From contig OY970342.1 in the NCBI GenBank assembly GCA_963717505.1, positions 3,264,001 to 3,328,000 on the forward strand: a stretch of DNA of 64,000 nucleotides. The letters are read 5' to 3'. Made by a program: the position numbers and the translations under genes. The DNA is from Candidatus Eiseniibacteriota bacterium. Its GTDB lineage: Bacteria; Eisenbacteria; RBG-16-71-46. Positions 38,841 to 49,812 of the stretch are shown here, one piece after another; the stretch's first letter is position 1; each line of letters opens with the position of its first letter. The notes below the pieces were generated by a model. It made no database searches. It saw only the letters and a program-made list of their open reading frames with translations, and was not told the origin of the DNA.

Positions 38841-39668
38841 ATGAACCGCATGGTCCGTTGGCCAGCCGTTTCGTTCCTCTCGTTGACGGCCGCGCTTTGG
38901 TGGCAGGCCGCCGAGGCCAAACCCAATCTTGGGAAGAAGCTCCTTTCGGCGGCGCTGAAAGGCGACACCGAGAATGTGCAGGCGCTCCTTGCCAAGGGGG
39001 CGGACCCCAACTACACCGACGCCGAGGGATGTACGCCGCTCATCGTTGCCGCCGGTGGCTGCGCCAGCGCGGCAAATATCGACGCGAAGGGTCGCATCAC
39101 GTACACCGCCGTCGCGAGCGCAGGGACCGACGAGATGGTCCGCGCATTGCTCGTGGCCGGAGCCCATGTGGACGTCGCGAACCCTCGTGGAGTCACGGCC
39201 CTCATGCACGCTGCCCTGTATGGGCGCATGGAGGCCGTCCGCGCCCTGCTCGAAGCCGGTGCCAATCCCAATCTCAGGGATTCGGTGGGTTTGTCGGCAC
39301 TTCACCAGGCCGCACGCGAGGGCAAGACGGAGGTCGTAGGCCTGCTGCTCAAGAAGGGTGCGACGGTCGATGCCCAAGCCATCACGCGGGTCACGCCACT
39401 CGGACTGGCGGCCTTTGGCGGGTTCGTGGAAGTCATGAGTGCATTGGTCGGCGCGGGAGCCGACGTCATGGCCCGAGACTTTGGCGGCAACACGGCGCTA
39501 TCCAATGCGGCGTACGCCGGCCAGGCTGCTGCGGCTTCGTGGCTGCTCGACCACGGGGCTGAAATCAACTCGCGGGACGTGAACGGGCAGACGGCCCTTT
39601 CCGTGGCGAGGAAACGAGGCCACCAGGATGTCGCCGCATTGATCGAATCCAGGGGCGGCACCGAGTAG
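38841..39668 (+). CDS. Secreted ankyrin-repeat protein
   Basis: AGGAGG RBS, signal peptide and repeated 'GxTALxxAA..G...V..LL..GAD.N'. Confidence 0.9.
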   Translation: MNRMVRWPAVSFLSLTAALWWQAAEAKPNLGKKLLSAALKGDTENVQALLAKGADPNYTDAEGCTPLIVAAGGCASAANIDAKGRITYTAVASAGTDEMVRALLVAGAHVDVANPRGVTALMHAALYGRMEAVRALLEAGANPNLRDSVGLSALHQAAREGKTEVVGLLLKKGATVDAQAITRVTPLGLAAFGGFVEVMSALVGAGADVMARDFGGNTALSNAAYAGQAAAASWLLDHGAEINSRDVNGQTALSVARKRGHQDVAALIESRGGTE

Positions 39669-39757
39669 ATGGCCGAGGCCCGTTTCGAGTCGGGCGTTCC
39701 AGAGGCGGGAACTCTCATTGCCGACCCCCCGGTCGGCTCCCTACACTGCGCGGCTCC

Positions 39758-40946
39758 ATGCTCAAGACCTCGCCCTTCCATGCCCGCACCGCACCTCTGG
39801 TTCGCGCACAGACTTGGCGGCGTTGGGCCGGCCACCAGATGGCGAGCGCCTACGAGCCGCACCCGGACCGCGAATACGCGGCGATCCGCAACGCAGCGGC
39901 GCTGATCGACGTCTCGCCGCTCTACAAGTACGTGATCTCGGGTCGCGACGCCGGCCGCCTGCTCGACCGGATGATCACCCGCGACCTGACCAAGCTCAAG
40001 ATCGGGCAGGTCTATTACACGCCGTGGTGCGACAGCGCCGGCAAAGTGATCGACGACGGCACGGTCACCCGGCTCGCCGAATCCAGCTACCGCCTGACCA
40101 GCGCCGATTCATCGTTGCGCTGGCTGCACCTGAACGGGGCGGGGATGGAGGTCGCGATCGAGGACGTCTCGGACCGACTGGGCGCCCTCTCGCTCCAGGG
40201 TCCGTTGTCGCGCGCAATCCTCGAACGCGTGTCGCCGGTTGATCTCGGCAAGCTCGCCTACTTCCGAATGGTCGCGACCACGGTGCGCGACCTGCCGGTC
40301 ACCCTGTCGCGCACCGGCTACACCGGAGACCTGGGCTACGAGATCTGGGTCGAGCGCGAGCGGGCGGTCGGGTTGTGGGACGCGCTGATCGACGCGGGAG
40401 CGGGCTACGGCATCACCCCGTGCGGCATCTGGGCGATGGACATCGCGCGCATCGAAGCCGGGCTGATCATGCTCGACGTCGACTACTTCTCGGCGCACCA
40501 CGCATTGATCGAGGCGCGCAAGTCCTCGCCGTTCGAGATCAACCTCGGCTGGGCGGTGAGCAAGGGTAAGGGCCCGTACAACGGCCGGCGCGCACTCGAA
40601 GCGGAGCGCGCGCGCGGCGCGGCCTGGGGATTCGTCGGGCTCGAGATCGACTGGGAGTCGTTCGAGCGGCTGTTCGCGGCGCACGGCCTGCCGCCGCAGA
40701 TTTCGAACGTCGCCTGGCGCGCCAGTGCGCCCATCTATCGCGACGGCGCCCAAATCGGCTACGCGACCAGCGGCTGCTGGTCGCCATTGCTCAAGAAGCC
40801 GCTGGCGCTTGGCGCACGTCATGGCGCCGCACCACCGGCCGGGCACGCGGGTGCGCATGGAGATCACTGTCGAGCACCGTCGCGAGCGGGCCGACGCCGT
40901 GGTCCGCGCGCTGCCGTTCTACGATCCGGAGCGCAAGAAGGCATGA
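39758..40946 (+). CDS. GcvT-like aminomethyltransferase/demethylase (+1 indel at ~40810)
   Basis: 'LKTSPFH', 'LIDVSPL', 'SRTGYTGDLGYEIW' and 'ARIEAG'; C-terminus 'LPFYDPERKKA' lies in the shifted frame. Confidence 0.85.
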
Positions 40947-42524
40947 CGCCCCGCTACGACGCGATCGTGATCGGCGGCGGCCACAACGGTCTGGTCGCCG
41001 CCGCCTACCTGGCGCGCGCCGGCCGCAAGACGCTGGTGCTCGAACGCCGGCCGCTGGTCGGCGGCGCCGCGGTCACCGAGGAAGTGTTCCCGGGTTTCAA
41101 GTTCTCGGTGTTCTCGTACGTGGTCAGCCTGCTCCGGCCCGAGATCATTCGCGATCTCGACTTGCCGCGACACGGGCTGCAGATCCTGCCGCTCGAGAGC
41201 ACGATCACGCCTCTCGAGAACGGCGACTACCTGGCCTCGTGGGCGGATCCCGACGAGACCCGGCGTGAGTTGTGCCGCCATTCGACGCGCGACGCCGACG
41301 CCGCCGTCGTGTTCGGCCGCCTGATGCACCACATGGCGATGGCGGTGAAACCGATCCTCGGCATGGTGCCACCCGATCCGGCGTCGCTCTCGCCGGCGGA
41401 TCTCGCCGGACTCCTGAGGCTGGGCGGACATTTCCGCTCGCTCGGCGCCGAGCGCTTCCACGCGCTCCACAAGCTGATGACCATGAGCAGCGCCGACTAC
41501 CTCGACGAGTGGTTCGAGTTCGATCCGCTCAAGGCGACCAAGTCGGCGAGCGGCATCATCGGCACCTTCCTGGGGCCGCGCTCGCCCGGGTCGGCCTACG
41601 TGCTGCTGCACCACTACATGGGGGAGATCGACGGCGCCTTCCGCGCCTGGGGCTTCCAGAAGGGCGGAACCGGCGGGATCAGCAATGCGATCGCCGGGGC
41701 GGCGCGTTCGTTCGGGGTCGACATTCGCACCGGGGCGTCGGTCGAGCGCGTGGTCGTGCGGAGCGGACGCGCGACCGGCGTGGCGCTGACCAGCGGCGAG
41801 GAGATCCCGGCGCGCCTCGTGGTTTCGGGGCTCGACCCGCGGCTGACTTTCACGCGTCTGGTGGATCCGCGCGACCTGCCGGGTGATCTGGTCGACGGCA
41901 TCGATCGCTACAAGTTCCGCGGCTCCTCGGGGAAGGTGAACCTCGCGCTCTCGGGGCTCCCGGACTTCACCTGCCTGCCCGGGCACGGACCGCACCTGCG
42001 GGGTGCCTTCTCGATCAGCCCGAGCGTCGAGTACCTCGAGCGCGCCTACGACGATGCCAAGTACGGCGAGTTCTCGCGCCACCCGTACATGGACATCGTG
42101 ATTCCCTCGATGATCGACCCAGGCATGGCCCCACCTGGGAAGCACGTGATGAGCATCTTCGTCCAGTACGCGCCCTATCACCTGAACGGCGGCTGGAACG
42201 ACGCGCGCCGCGAAGCGTTCGGCGACACCGTGGTGCAGCACGCTGGCGCGCTACGCACCCAACATCGAATCGCTGATCCTGCACCGCCAGGTGCTGACCC
42301 CGCACGACATCGAGCGCATCACCGGGCTGTCCGAGGGCAACATCTTCCAGGGCGAGCTGGCGCTCCAGCAGTTGTTCTTCCTGCGCCCGGTGCCGAAGTG
42401 GGCGAAGTACCGCACGCCGATCCACGGCTACTGGCAGTGCGGCGCCGGCACACATCCGGGCGGCGGCATCATGGGCGCGTCGGGACGGCTGGCGGCGCTC
42501 GAAATGCTGCGGGCGTCGTCGTGA
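40943..42524 (+). CDS. Phytoene-dehydrogenase-like FAD oxidoreductase (+1 indel at ~42235)
   Basis: ATGA overlap; 'YDAIVIGGGHNGLVAAAYLA'; C-terminus 'CGAGTHPGGGIMGASG' lies in ORF 42291..42524. Confidence 0.85.
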
Positions 42525-44108
42525 GTACCCCCGCCTTCGATGTCGTCGTGATCGGGGCCGGCGCCAACGGCCTGGTCGCGGCCACGATGCTGGCGCGCGC
42601 CGGGCTGCGGGTCGTCGTGCTCGAGGCCGGGGCCGAACCCGGCGGTCAGGGGCGATCCGTCGAGTTCGCGCCGGGATTTCGCGCAGCACCGCTCGGACTC
42701 GATCCCGGGTGGCTGCCGGGGCCGATCGCAGCGGCACTCGGATTCGAGTCGCTGGCCACGATCGACGTTCCCCCGGTGAGTGTCGCCGGCGAGGGCGGCC
42801 GCTGGCTCACGCTGGCTCCCGATCCGGTCCGCGCCGCGCAGTCGATCGCGCCCTGGTCGCCGGCCGACGCCCAGCGCTGGCCGGAGTTCGTGTCACGCCT
42901 GCATCGCCTCGCGGGGTTTCTCGAAACGCTCTATCAGACACCGACGCCCGACGTCGACGCCAGCTCCCTCGCGGAACTGCTCGAGCTGGCGCGGCTCGGA
43001 ACCCGGTTCCGCGCCCTGGGCCGTGCCGACATGATCGAGCTGTTGCGCATTCTGCCGATGTCGGTGTGGGAGCTGCTCGACGATTGGTTCGAGTGCGCTC
43101 CGCTCAAGGCGGCGGTGGCGGCCGGCGGCGTTCTGGACCATCGGCAGGGACCGCGCTCGGGCGGCACCGGCTACGTGCTGCTTCATCACCTGGTCGGCGC
43201 GCCGCTCGGCTCGATTCGCGGCCGCCGCCCATGGCGCGAGGGACCGCTGGCGTTCACGTCCGCTGCACTCGGCGCCGCGCAGCGTGCCGGGGTCGTGCAG
43301 CGCACCGGCGCCACCGTCGCGCGCATCGAGGTACGCGACGACGCAGTGTCGGGCGTCGTGCTCGAGGGCGGCGAAGACGATCCCGGCGTCGAAGGTGCTC
43401 TCGACCGCGAGCCCGGCCGACACGCTGCTCGATTGGATTGATCCGGTATGGCTCGATCCCGAGTTCCTGCACGCCGTCGCCAACATCCGTCATCGCGGCT
43501 GCACGGCGTTCGTTCTTTACGGGATGGATGCGCTGCCCGAGTTTCCGGGTCTCGAGGCCGGATCCCCTCATGGAACGCTGTTGCTGACGCCCAACCTGGT
43601 GACGCTGGAAAAGGCAGCTGATGCCGCGAAGTACGGCACCGTCTCCGAGCAGCCGCATGTCGAGCTGACGCTGGACCGGGGGCGCGCGGCTGATGAGCGA
43701 CCCGTGATGGTCGCCCGCGTCCAGTACGCGCCCTATCGCCTGCGCGACGGGCCGTGGGACCGGGCGCGCACCGAAGCGCTCGCCGATCGCGTGACCGGCG
43801 CGATCGAGTCGGTTTCACCCGGATTCGGCACGCGGGTCCGGCACCGGGTGTCATGGTCACCGGCCGACCTCGCCGAGAAGTTCGGCCTGCGCGAGGGTGC
43901 CCCGTCGCAGGGCGAGCTGGCGCTCGACCAGATCCTGTTCATGCGACCGGTTCCGGGCTGGGGCCGGCACGCGACGCCGATCGCGGGGCTCTACCTGGGC
44001 GGCGCGGGCACCCATCCCGGCCCGGGCGTGCTGGGTGGAGCCGGCTGGCTTGCGGCCCGGCGCATGCTGGATGATCGGCGCTCGACGCGACCCCCGGGGA
44101 CCCGATGA
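42521..44108 (+). CDS. Second phytoene-dehydrogenase-like FAD oxidoreductase (+1 indel at ~43375)
   Basis: GTGA overlap; 'FDVVVIGAGANGL'; C-terminus 'LYLGGAGTHPGPG' lies in ORF 43284..44108. Confidence 0.85.
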
Positions 44109-45239
44109 GCTCGTTCCAGCCCACCGCCACCAGCTTCCAGCAGGGCGCGCGCACCCTGCCCGGCGAGTACTACACGTCGCCCGAGGTCCTGGTCGAGGAA
44201 CGCGAGCGAATCTTCGCTCGCGCCTGGAGCTGTGTCGGCCGCGCCGCACAGCTCGCGCAACCGGGCGACTTCCTGGTGCGCGAGGTCGCGGGCGAATCGT
44301 TGATCGTGCTGCGCGATACTGCGGGTGCGCTGCGCGCGTTCTTCAACGTCTGCCGCCACCGCGGCACGCGTCTCTGCTCGGAGGCGTCCGGGCGACTTCA
44401 CCGAGCTCGATTCAGTGTCCCTATCACGCGTGGACCTACGGCCTCGACGGCCGCCTGATCGGGGCACCGCACATGCAGGAGGTCGAGGGCTTCGACAAGA
44501 CGACTACCCGCTGCACGAGGCGGCGCTCGCCGAGTGGGAGGGATTCCTGTTCGTGAATCCTGCGCGCCAACCGGCGCCGTTCGAGTCGGCATGGGCACCG
44601 ATGCGCGGCCGGCTCTCGCGCTACGGACTCGCCGGACTCGTGGTCGGCCACCGCGTGCGCTACGACGTGCGCGCCAACTGGAAGCTGGTGTTCCAGAACT
44701 ACTCCGAGTGCCTGCACTGCCCGACCATCCATCCCAAGCTCGCGACCGTGCTGCCGTATCAGAGCGGCGCCAACGATCTGGTCGAGGGTCCATTCCTCGG
44801 CGGCTACATGGAGATTCGCGCGCCGAACCAGAGCGCGACCATGAGCGGGCGTAGCTGCGGTCGCCCGGTCAGCAGCGAGCTGCCGGACGCCGACCGCCAC
44901 CGCGCTTTCTACTACACGCTGATGCCCAACCTGTTGCTCAGCCTGCACCCGGACTACGTGAACTACTACCTGGTGCACCCGATCGCGGCCAACCACACCG
45001 TGGTCGAATCCGAGTGGCTGTTCCATCCCGACACGCTCGCCGGCGCCGATGGCAACATTCAGGACGCGATCGAGTTCTGGGACGTCACCAATCGTCAGGA
45101 TTGGGACATCGTCGAGCGGAGCCAGCTCGGCATCGCCTCGAGCCGCTACCAGCCCGGACCTTACTCGCCGCGCGAGAGCATGCCGGCGGCATGGGATCGC
45201 GAGTACCTCAAGTGGATGGGCACTCCGTCGCGAACCTGA
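44105..45239 (+). CDS. Rieske non-heme iron oxygenase alpha subunit (betaine/choline-type N-demethylase-like); indels at ~44395 and ~44500
   Basis: 'NVCRHRG', 'QCPYHAWTY' and 'NWK...NYSECLHC...H' are spread over three frames. Confidence 0.85.
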
Positions 45240-45289
45240 TCCGAGAGACACCCCGAACCCGCATCGCCGAGTCGAAAAGGAGATCTCGA

Positions 45290-48200
45290 ATGCGACGTCC
45301 CCCGATGTGGATCCTGCCGCTCGCCGCCCTCGTTGTCGCTTTCGACGTGGCGCCGCCCGCATCCAGCGCGCCGGCGCGCAATGACCCGCGCGTGCAGAGC
45401 GCCCTCGCTGGGCTTCAGTGGCGGAACATCGGCCCCTTCCGCGGCGGTCGCGTGACCGCGGTCGCCGGCGTCGTCGGCCAGCGCAACGTCTACTACTTCG
45501 GCGGCACCGGCGGCGGCGTGTGGAAGAGCGAGGACAGCGGCGTGTCGTGGTCGTGCCTGACCGACGGCCAGCTCGGCACCGGATCGGTCGGCGCGCTGGC
45601 CGTGGCCGAGTCCGACCCCAATGTGATCTACGCCGGCATGGGCGAAGCCTGCATTCGCGGCAACGCATCGCACGGCGACGGCGTCTATCGCACGGTGGAC
45701 GGCGGCCGCACCTGGAAGAACGTCGGACTCAAGGACACGCGGCACATCGGCCGGATGCGCGTCCACCCGCGCGACCCGGATCTGGTCTACGTCGCGGCAC
45801 TCGGACACTCGTTCGGACCCAACAAGGAGCGTGGCGTGTTCCGCTCGCGTGACGGCGGCGCCACCTGGCAGCACGTCCTCGCCGTCAACGACAGCACCGG
45901 TGCGGTCGACCTCGCGATGGACCCCGGGAATCCTCGCGTGCTCTACGCCGCAACCTGGCAGGTCTTTCGCACGCCGTGGTCGCTCGAGAGCGGGGGTCTG
46001 GGCAGCGGGCTGTGGAAGTCGACCGACGGCGGCGACACCTGGAAGCGACTGAACGGCGAGGGGCTCCCCAAGGGCGTCTGGGGACGGGTCGGTGTCACCG
46101 TTTCGCCGGCGCGTCCGAGCCGGATCTATGCCGCGATCGAAGCCGTCGAGGGGGGTGTCTACCGCTCCGACGACGCCGGGCGCACCTGGCGCCGGACCAA
46201 CGAGGATCGCGACTTGCGTCAACGGGCTTGGTACTACACCCACATCCACGCCGACCCGGGCAACGCCGACGGCGTCTACGTGCAGAACGTCTACTTCATG
46301 CGCTCGATCGACGGCGGACGCACGTTCAGCCGGATTACCACCCCGCATGGCGACAGCCACGACCTGTGGATCGATCCGCGCGATCCGATGCGCATGATCG
46401 AGAGCAACGACGGCGGCGCCAACGTCTCGTTCGACGGCGGCCTGTCGTGGTCGCGCCAGGACAACCAGCCGACCGCGCAGTTCTACCACGTGGTCACCGA
46501 CGATGCCTTCCCATACCGGATCTATGGCGCGCAGCAGGACAACTCGACCATCGCGATCGCCAGCCGGACCGGTGGCTTCGGCATCGGCGCGACCGACTGG
46601 CACGACGTCGGCGGCGGCGAGAGCGGTTCGATCGCGCCCAAGCCGGGCGATCCCGACGTCGTCTACGCCGGCTCCTACGGCGGACATCTCACGCGTTACG
46701 ACCACCGCACCGGGCAGGAGCGCAACATCCACGTCCACCCCGACAATCCGATGGGCGCGGGGGCGGAGGGGGCGAAGTACCGTTTCCAGTGGACGTTTCC
46801 GATCGTCGCCTCACCGCACGACCCCAACACGCTGTACGCGACCTCGAACGTCGTGCACCGCACGCGCAACGAAGGGCAGAGCTGGCAGGTGATCAGTCTC
46901 GACCTGACCCACAACGATCCGAAGAAGCTCGGTTCGTCGGGCGGGCCGATCACCAAGGACAACACCAGCGTCGAGTACTACTGCACGATCTTCGCTTTCG
47001 CGGAATCGCCGCTGACTCCGGGACTGCTCTGGGCCGGGTCCGACGACGGTCGCGTACACGTTTCTCGGGACAGTGGCGACAACTGGACCAACGTCACCCC
47101 ACCGTCGTTGCCGGAGTGGAGCACGATCAGTCAGATCGATCCGGGGCGTCACGATCCCGCAACCGCCTACGTTGCGGCCTATCGCTACAAGCTCGACGAC
47201 TACCGCCCGTACGTCTTCGTCACCCACGACTACGGTCGCAACTGGTCGCCGATCGGCCGCAACCTGCCGCACGACGGGGGCTTCGTTCGCGTCGTGCGCG
47301 AAGACCCGGTGCGCAAGGGGTTGCTCTACTGCGGCACCGAGACCGGAGTCTATTGGTCGCCCGACGACGGGAACCTCTGGCTGCCTTTGCGCGTCGCGCG
47401 TCCGGGGCTGATCGCGGACCTCGCGGACCCCGAGGGCGAGCTCAAGGGAGCGCTGCCCCTGGTGCCGATCACCGATCTCGTGGTCCAGGATGACGACGTC
47501 GTGGTCAGCACCCAGGGCCGGGCGTTCTGGATCCTCGACGACGTGAGTCCACTGCGCGAAATCGCGGGCCGGGGCACCAACCCGGAGACCCGGCTCTATC
47601 AGCCTTCGCCCGCGTACCTGTTCGGCGGGCCCGCGGGCGCGCCGGGAGTCACCGGCATGAATCCACAACGCTACGCCACGGTCTACTACCGGCTCGAGAA
47701 TGCGCCCGCCGAGGGCGAGGAGGTCACCCTTGAATTCCTCGATGCCAGCGGCAAGTCGATCCGGAAGCTGTCGAGCAAGAAGGAGAAACCGGCGGAGGCG
47801 GAGGATGCGTCCGGCGCTCCGGCCCCGCCGGTGATTCCCTCGAAGGCCGGCCTCAATCGATTCGCCTGGGATCTGCGCTACCCAGAGGCCAGCCGCTTCA
47901 AAGGCCTGGTGCTGTGGACGCGTGGCGGCCTCGCCGGGCCGCAGGTCGTCCCCGGCCGCTACCAGGTGCGCTTGACTGCCGGCGGCAAGTCACAGATCCA
48001 GCCGCTCGAGCTGCGCAAGGATCCACGGCTCGCCACTACCCCCGAGGAATACCAGCGCCGTTTCGACCTGCGCCTCGAGATCCGCGACAAGCTCACCGAA
48101 TGCCACGACGCGATCACTCGAATCCGTGACGTCCGGGATCAGGCGAAGGCAGTGGCGGAGCGCGCCAAGGCCGCGACCGGCGACACGACGCTTGCTACCG

Positions 48201-48526
48201 CTTCGAAAGCGCTGGCCACCAAGCTGACCGCCATCGAGGAAGCGCTCTACCAGACCAAGAATCGCAGCGCGCAGGATCCGCTCAACTACCCGATCCGGCT
48301 CAACGACAAGCTGAGCGGACTGGCGAGCGTCGTCGAGAGCGCCGATGCACCGCCGACCGATCAGAGCCTTGCGGTCTACCAGGACCTCGCCGGGCGGATC
48401 GATGCGGAACTGAAGAAACTCAAGACCGCGCTCGACGTGGACCTGGCCGAATTCAATCGGCAGGTGCGGGAGCTGAACGTTCCGGCGGTGGTGGTGAAGG
48501 AGAAGAAGGAGTCGGCCGGAAGCTGA
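45290..48526 (+). CDS. VPS10/BNR-repeat (sortilin-like) secreted protein
   Basis: 'WRNIGPFRGGR', repeated 'SxDGGxTW' Asp-boxes and a C-terminal helical bundle; AAGGAG RBS. Confidence 0.9.
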   Translation: MRRPPMWILPLAALVVAFDVAPPASSAPARNDPRVQSALAGLQWRNIGPFRGGRVTAVAGVVGQRNVYYFGGTGGGVWKSEDSGVSWSCLTDGQLGTGSVGALAVAESDPNVIYAGMGEACIRGNASHGDGVYRTVDGGRTWKNVGLKDTRHIGRMRVHPRDPDLVYVAALGHSFGPNKERGVFRSRDGGATWQHVLAVNDSTGAVDLAMDPGNPRVLYAATWQVFRTPWSLESGGLGSGLWKSTDGGDTWKRLNGEGLPKGVWGRVGVTVSPARPSRIYAAIEAVEGGVYRSDDAGRTWRRTNEDRDLRQRAWYYTHIHADPGNADGVYVQNVYFMRSIDGGRTFSRITTPHGDSHDLWIDPRDPMRMIESNDGGANVSFDGGLSWSRQDNQPTAQFYHVVTDDAFPYRIYGAQQDNSTIAIASRTGGFGIGATDWHDVGGGESGSIAPKPGDPDVVYAGSYGGHLTRYDHRTGQERNIHVHPDNPMGAGAEGAKYRFQWTFPIVASPHDPNTLYATSNVVHRTRNEGQSWQVISLDLTHNDPKKLGSSGGPITKDNTSVEYYCTIFAFAESPLTPGLLWAGSDDGRVHVSRDSGDNWTNVTPPSLPEWSTISQIDPGRHDPATAYVAAYRYKLDDYRPYVFVTHDYGRNWSPIGRNLPHDGGFVRVVREDPVRKGLLYCGTETGVYWSPDDGNLWLPLRVARPGLIADLADPEGELKGALPLVPITDLVVQDDDVVVSTQGRAFWILDDVSPLREIAGRGTNPETRLYQPSPAYLFGGPAGAPGVTGMNPQRYATVYYRLENAPAEGEEVTLEFLDASGKSIRKLSSKKEKPAEAEDASGAPAPPVIPSKAGLNRFAWDLRYPEASRFKGLVLWTRGGLAGPQVVPGRYQVRLTAGGKSQIQPLELRKDPRLATTPEEYQRRFDLRLEIRDKLTECHDAITRIRDVRDQAKAVAERAKAATGDTTLATASKALATKLTAIEEALYQTKNRSAQDPLNYPIRLNDKLSGLASVVESADAPPTDQSLAVYQDLAGRIDAELKKLKTALDVDLAEFNRQVRELNVPAVVVKEKKESAGS

Positions 48527-48582
48527 CGGGGAGGGCTCGGCGCGAAGTCGGGGGTCGAGCCGGCTGGGCCGAACGAAACAGT

Positions 48583-48615
48583 GCGCGGGCGCAGCCTCCA
48601 GGACTGCGCCCGCGC
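48583..48615. terminator. Hairpin between convergent genes
   Basis: GCGCGGGCGCAG...CTGCGCCCGCGC, flanked by AAA on the left and TTT on the right. Confidence 0.7.
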
Positions 48616-48633
48616 GATTTGGCTCCGACTCTG

Positions 48634-49506
48634 CTACGTCATGATCAGCAGGTGCTTGACCTTGCGGAACTCTTCCGGGTTCACGATGTGGATCACGGTT
48701 TCGTTGCCTTCGACCACGACCTCATAGCTGGTCACCGGCTGGGCGCTCAGAATCTCCACCTTCTCCGCCGGGATGCGAATGGTGGTCTGGTAGTCGGTGT
48801 CGAGCGGCGTGAACAGGGTCTGGTCGACCTTGCCGGTCGGCTCCAGGGTCTTGCCGATGCCGAGCACGCCGCCCGAGGGGGCGACCACGCCGGCGGTGGT
48901 CAGGTCCTTCTTGGTGCCGACCATGTAGTAGACCGTGGCCAGCTCGCTGCGCTTCTCCTCGATCGTGGCGCCCTGCACCTGGATCGTGTTCTCGTTCTCC
49001 TGGACCTCGGCGGTGAGCCCCGACACCTGTGTCTCGAGTGACTGGACCTGCGCCGTCAGCGCCGCGATCTCGGACTCCTTTTGGGCCACGTTCTTCTTGA
49101 GGTTGGCGACCATCTTCTGCAGCCCGGCCACCTTGACCCCCGACGCCTTGAGCCTGGTGTCGAGCTCCTGGATCCGGACCTTCGTGCGCTCGATGCCCGC
49201 CTTCAGCTCGGCGATCCGCTCCATCACCTCGTCTCCCTGCGAGGCCGTGAGCTTCTGCTCGGCCGAGAGCTGGCTGGGGTGGAGCTTGGCTTCTTCGTCA
49301 CTGAGCACGATGGCGTTGAGGCTGTCCTGGATCATCGCGATCTCGTTGATCGCGCGCCCATAGCGGTTTCGGGTCTCCGCTTCGCTCGCCTGCGCCTCGA
49401 CGTAGTTCGTCGACGCCGTACGGTATCTCTGGAACAGGATTCCGGTTGCGCCGAGCAAGACGACAACCAGGGCGATGAGCGCGACCTGTGCGGGATTCTT
49501 CATCAC
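48634..49506 (-). CDS. Membrane-anchored coiled-coil hypothetical protein
   Basis: N-terminal TM, long heptad region and globular C-terminus 'VYYMVGTKKDL...GGVLGIGK'. Confidence 0.75.
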   Translation of the reverse strand: MMKNPAQVALIALVVVLLGATGILFQRYRTASTNYVEAQASEAETRNRYGRAINEIAMIQDSLNAIVLSDEEAKLHPSQLSAEQKLTASQGDEVMERIAELKAGIERTKVRIQELDTRLKASGVKVAGLQKMVANLKKNVAQKESEIAALTAQVQSLETQVSGLTAEVQENENTIQVQGATIEEKRSELATVYYMVGTKKDLTTAGVVAPSGGVLGIGKTLEPTGKVDQTLFTPLDTDYQTTIRIPAEKVEILSAQPVTSYEVVVEGNETVIHIVNPEEFRKVKHLLIMT

Positions 49507-49812
49507 TCCATCTCCTTTGGGGTGTGAGCAGGATGTCTCTCGTGACCCGGAGCCGACCGCGACACGCGAGCCGGAACCGGAAGCATCTTCACCGTTCGGC
49601 AGCCGTGATTTCCACCAAAAACTTCCCGAACGCCGATCGACGTCGGATCGGGTGCGGAACCGGAGCTTCCGCTAGTGCATTGTCGGACCGGCGTTTTGCC
49701 GGTGAGGAGATGCGGGTGTTGAGGTGCGAGCGCCGCCCAGACTTGGCAGGTCGTTGACGATCGGGAACACGGAAAGCGCAAGTCGCCGAACCGCGGTCTT
49801 GGGAAACTCCGT

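Noticed and set aside
39758-43441. 1227-aa GcvT-oxidoreductase-oxidoreductase triple fusion ORF
   Set aside because: Each gene's true C-terminus and stop lie in another frame, with ATGA/GTGA overlaps. Single +1 indels join them artificially.
40943-44108. Carotenoid biosynthesis (crtI)
   Set aside because: No crtB/crtE nearby; the GcvT and Rieske neighbours point to catabolism.
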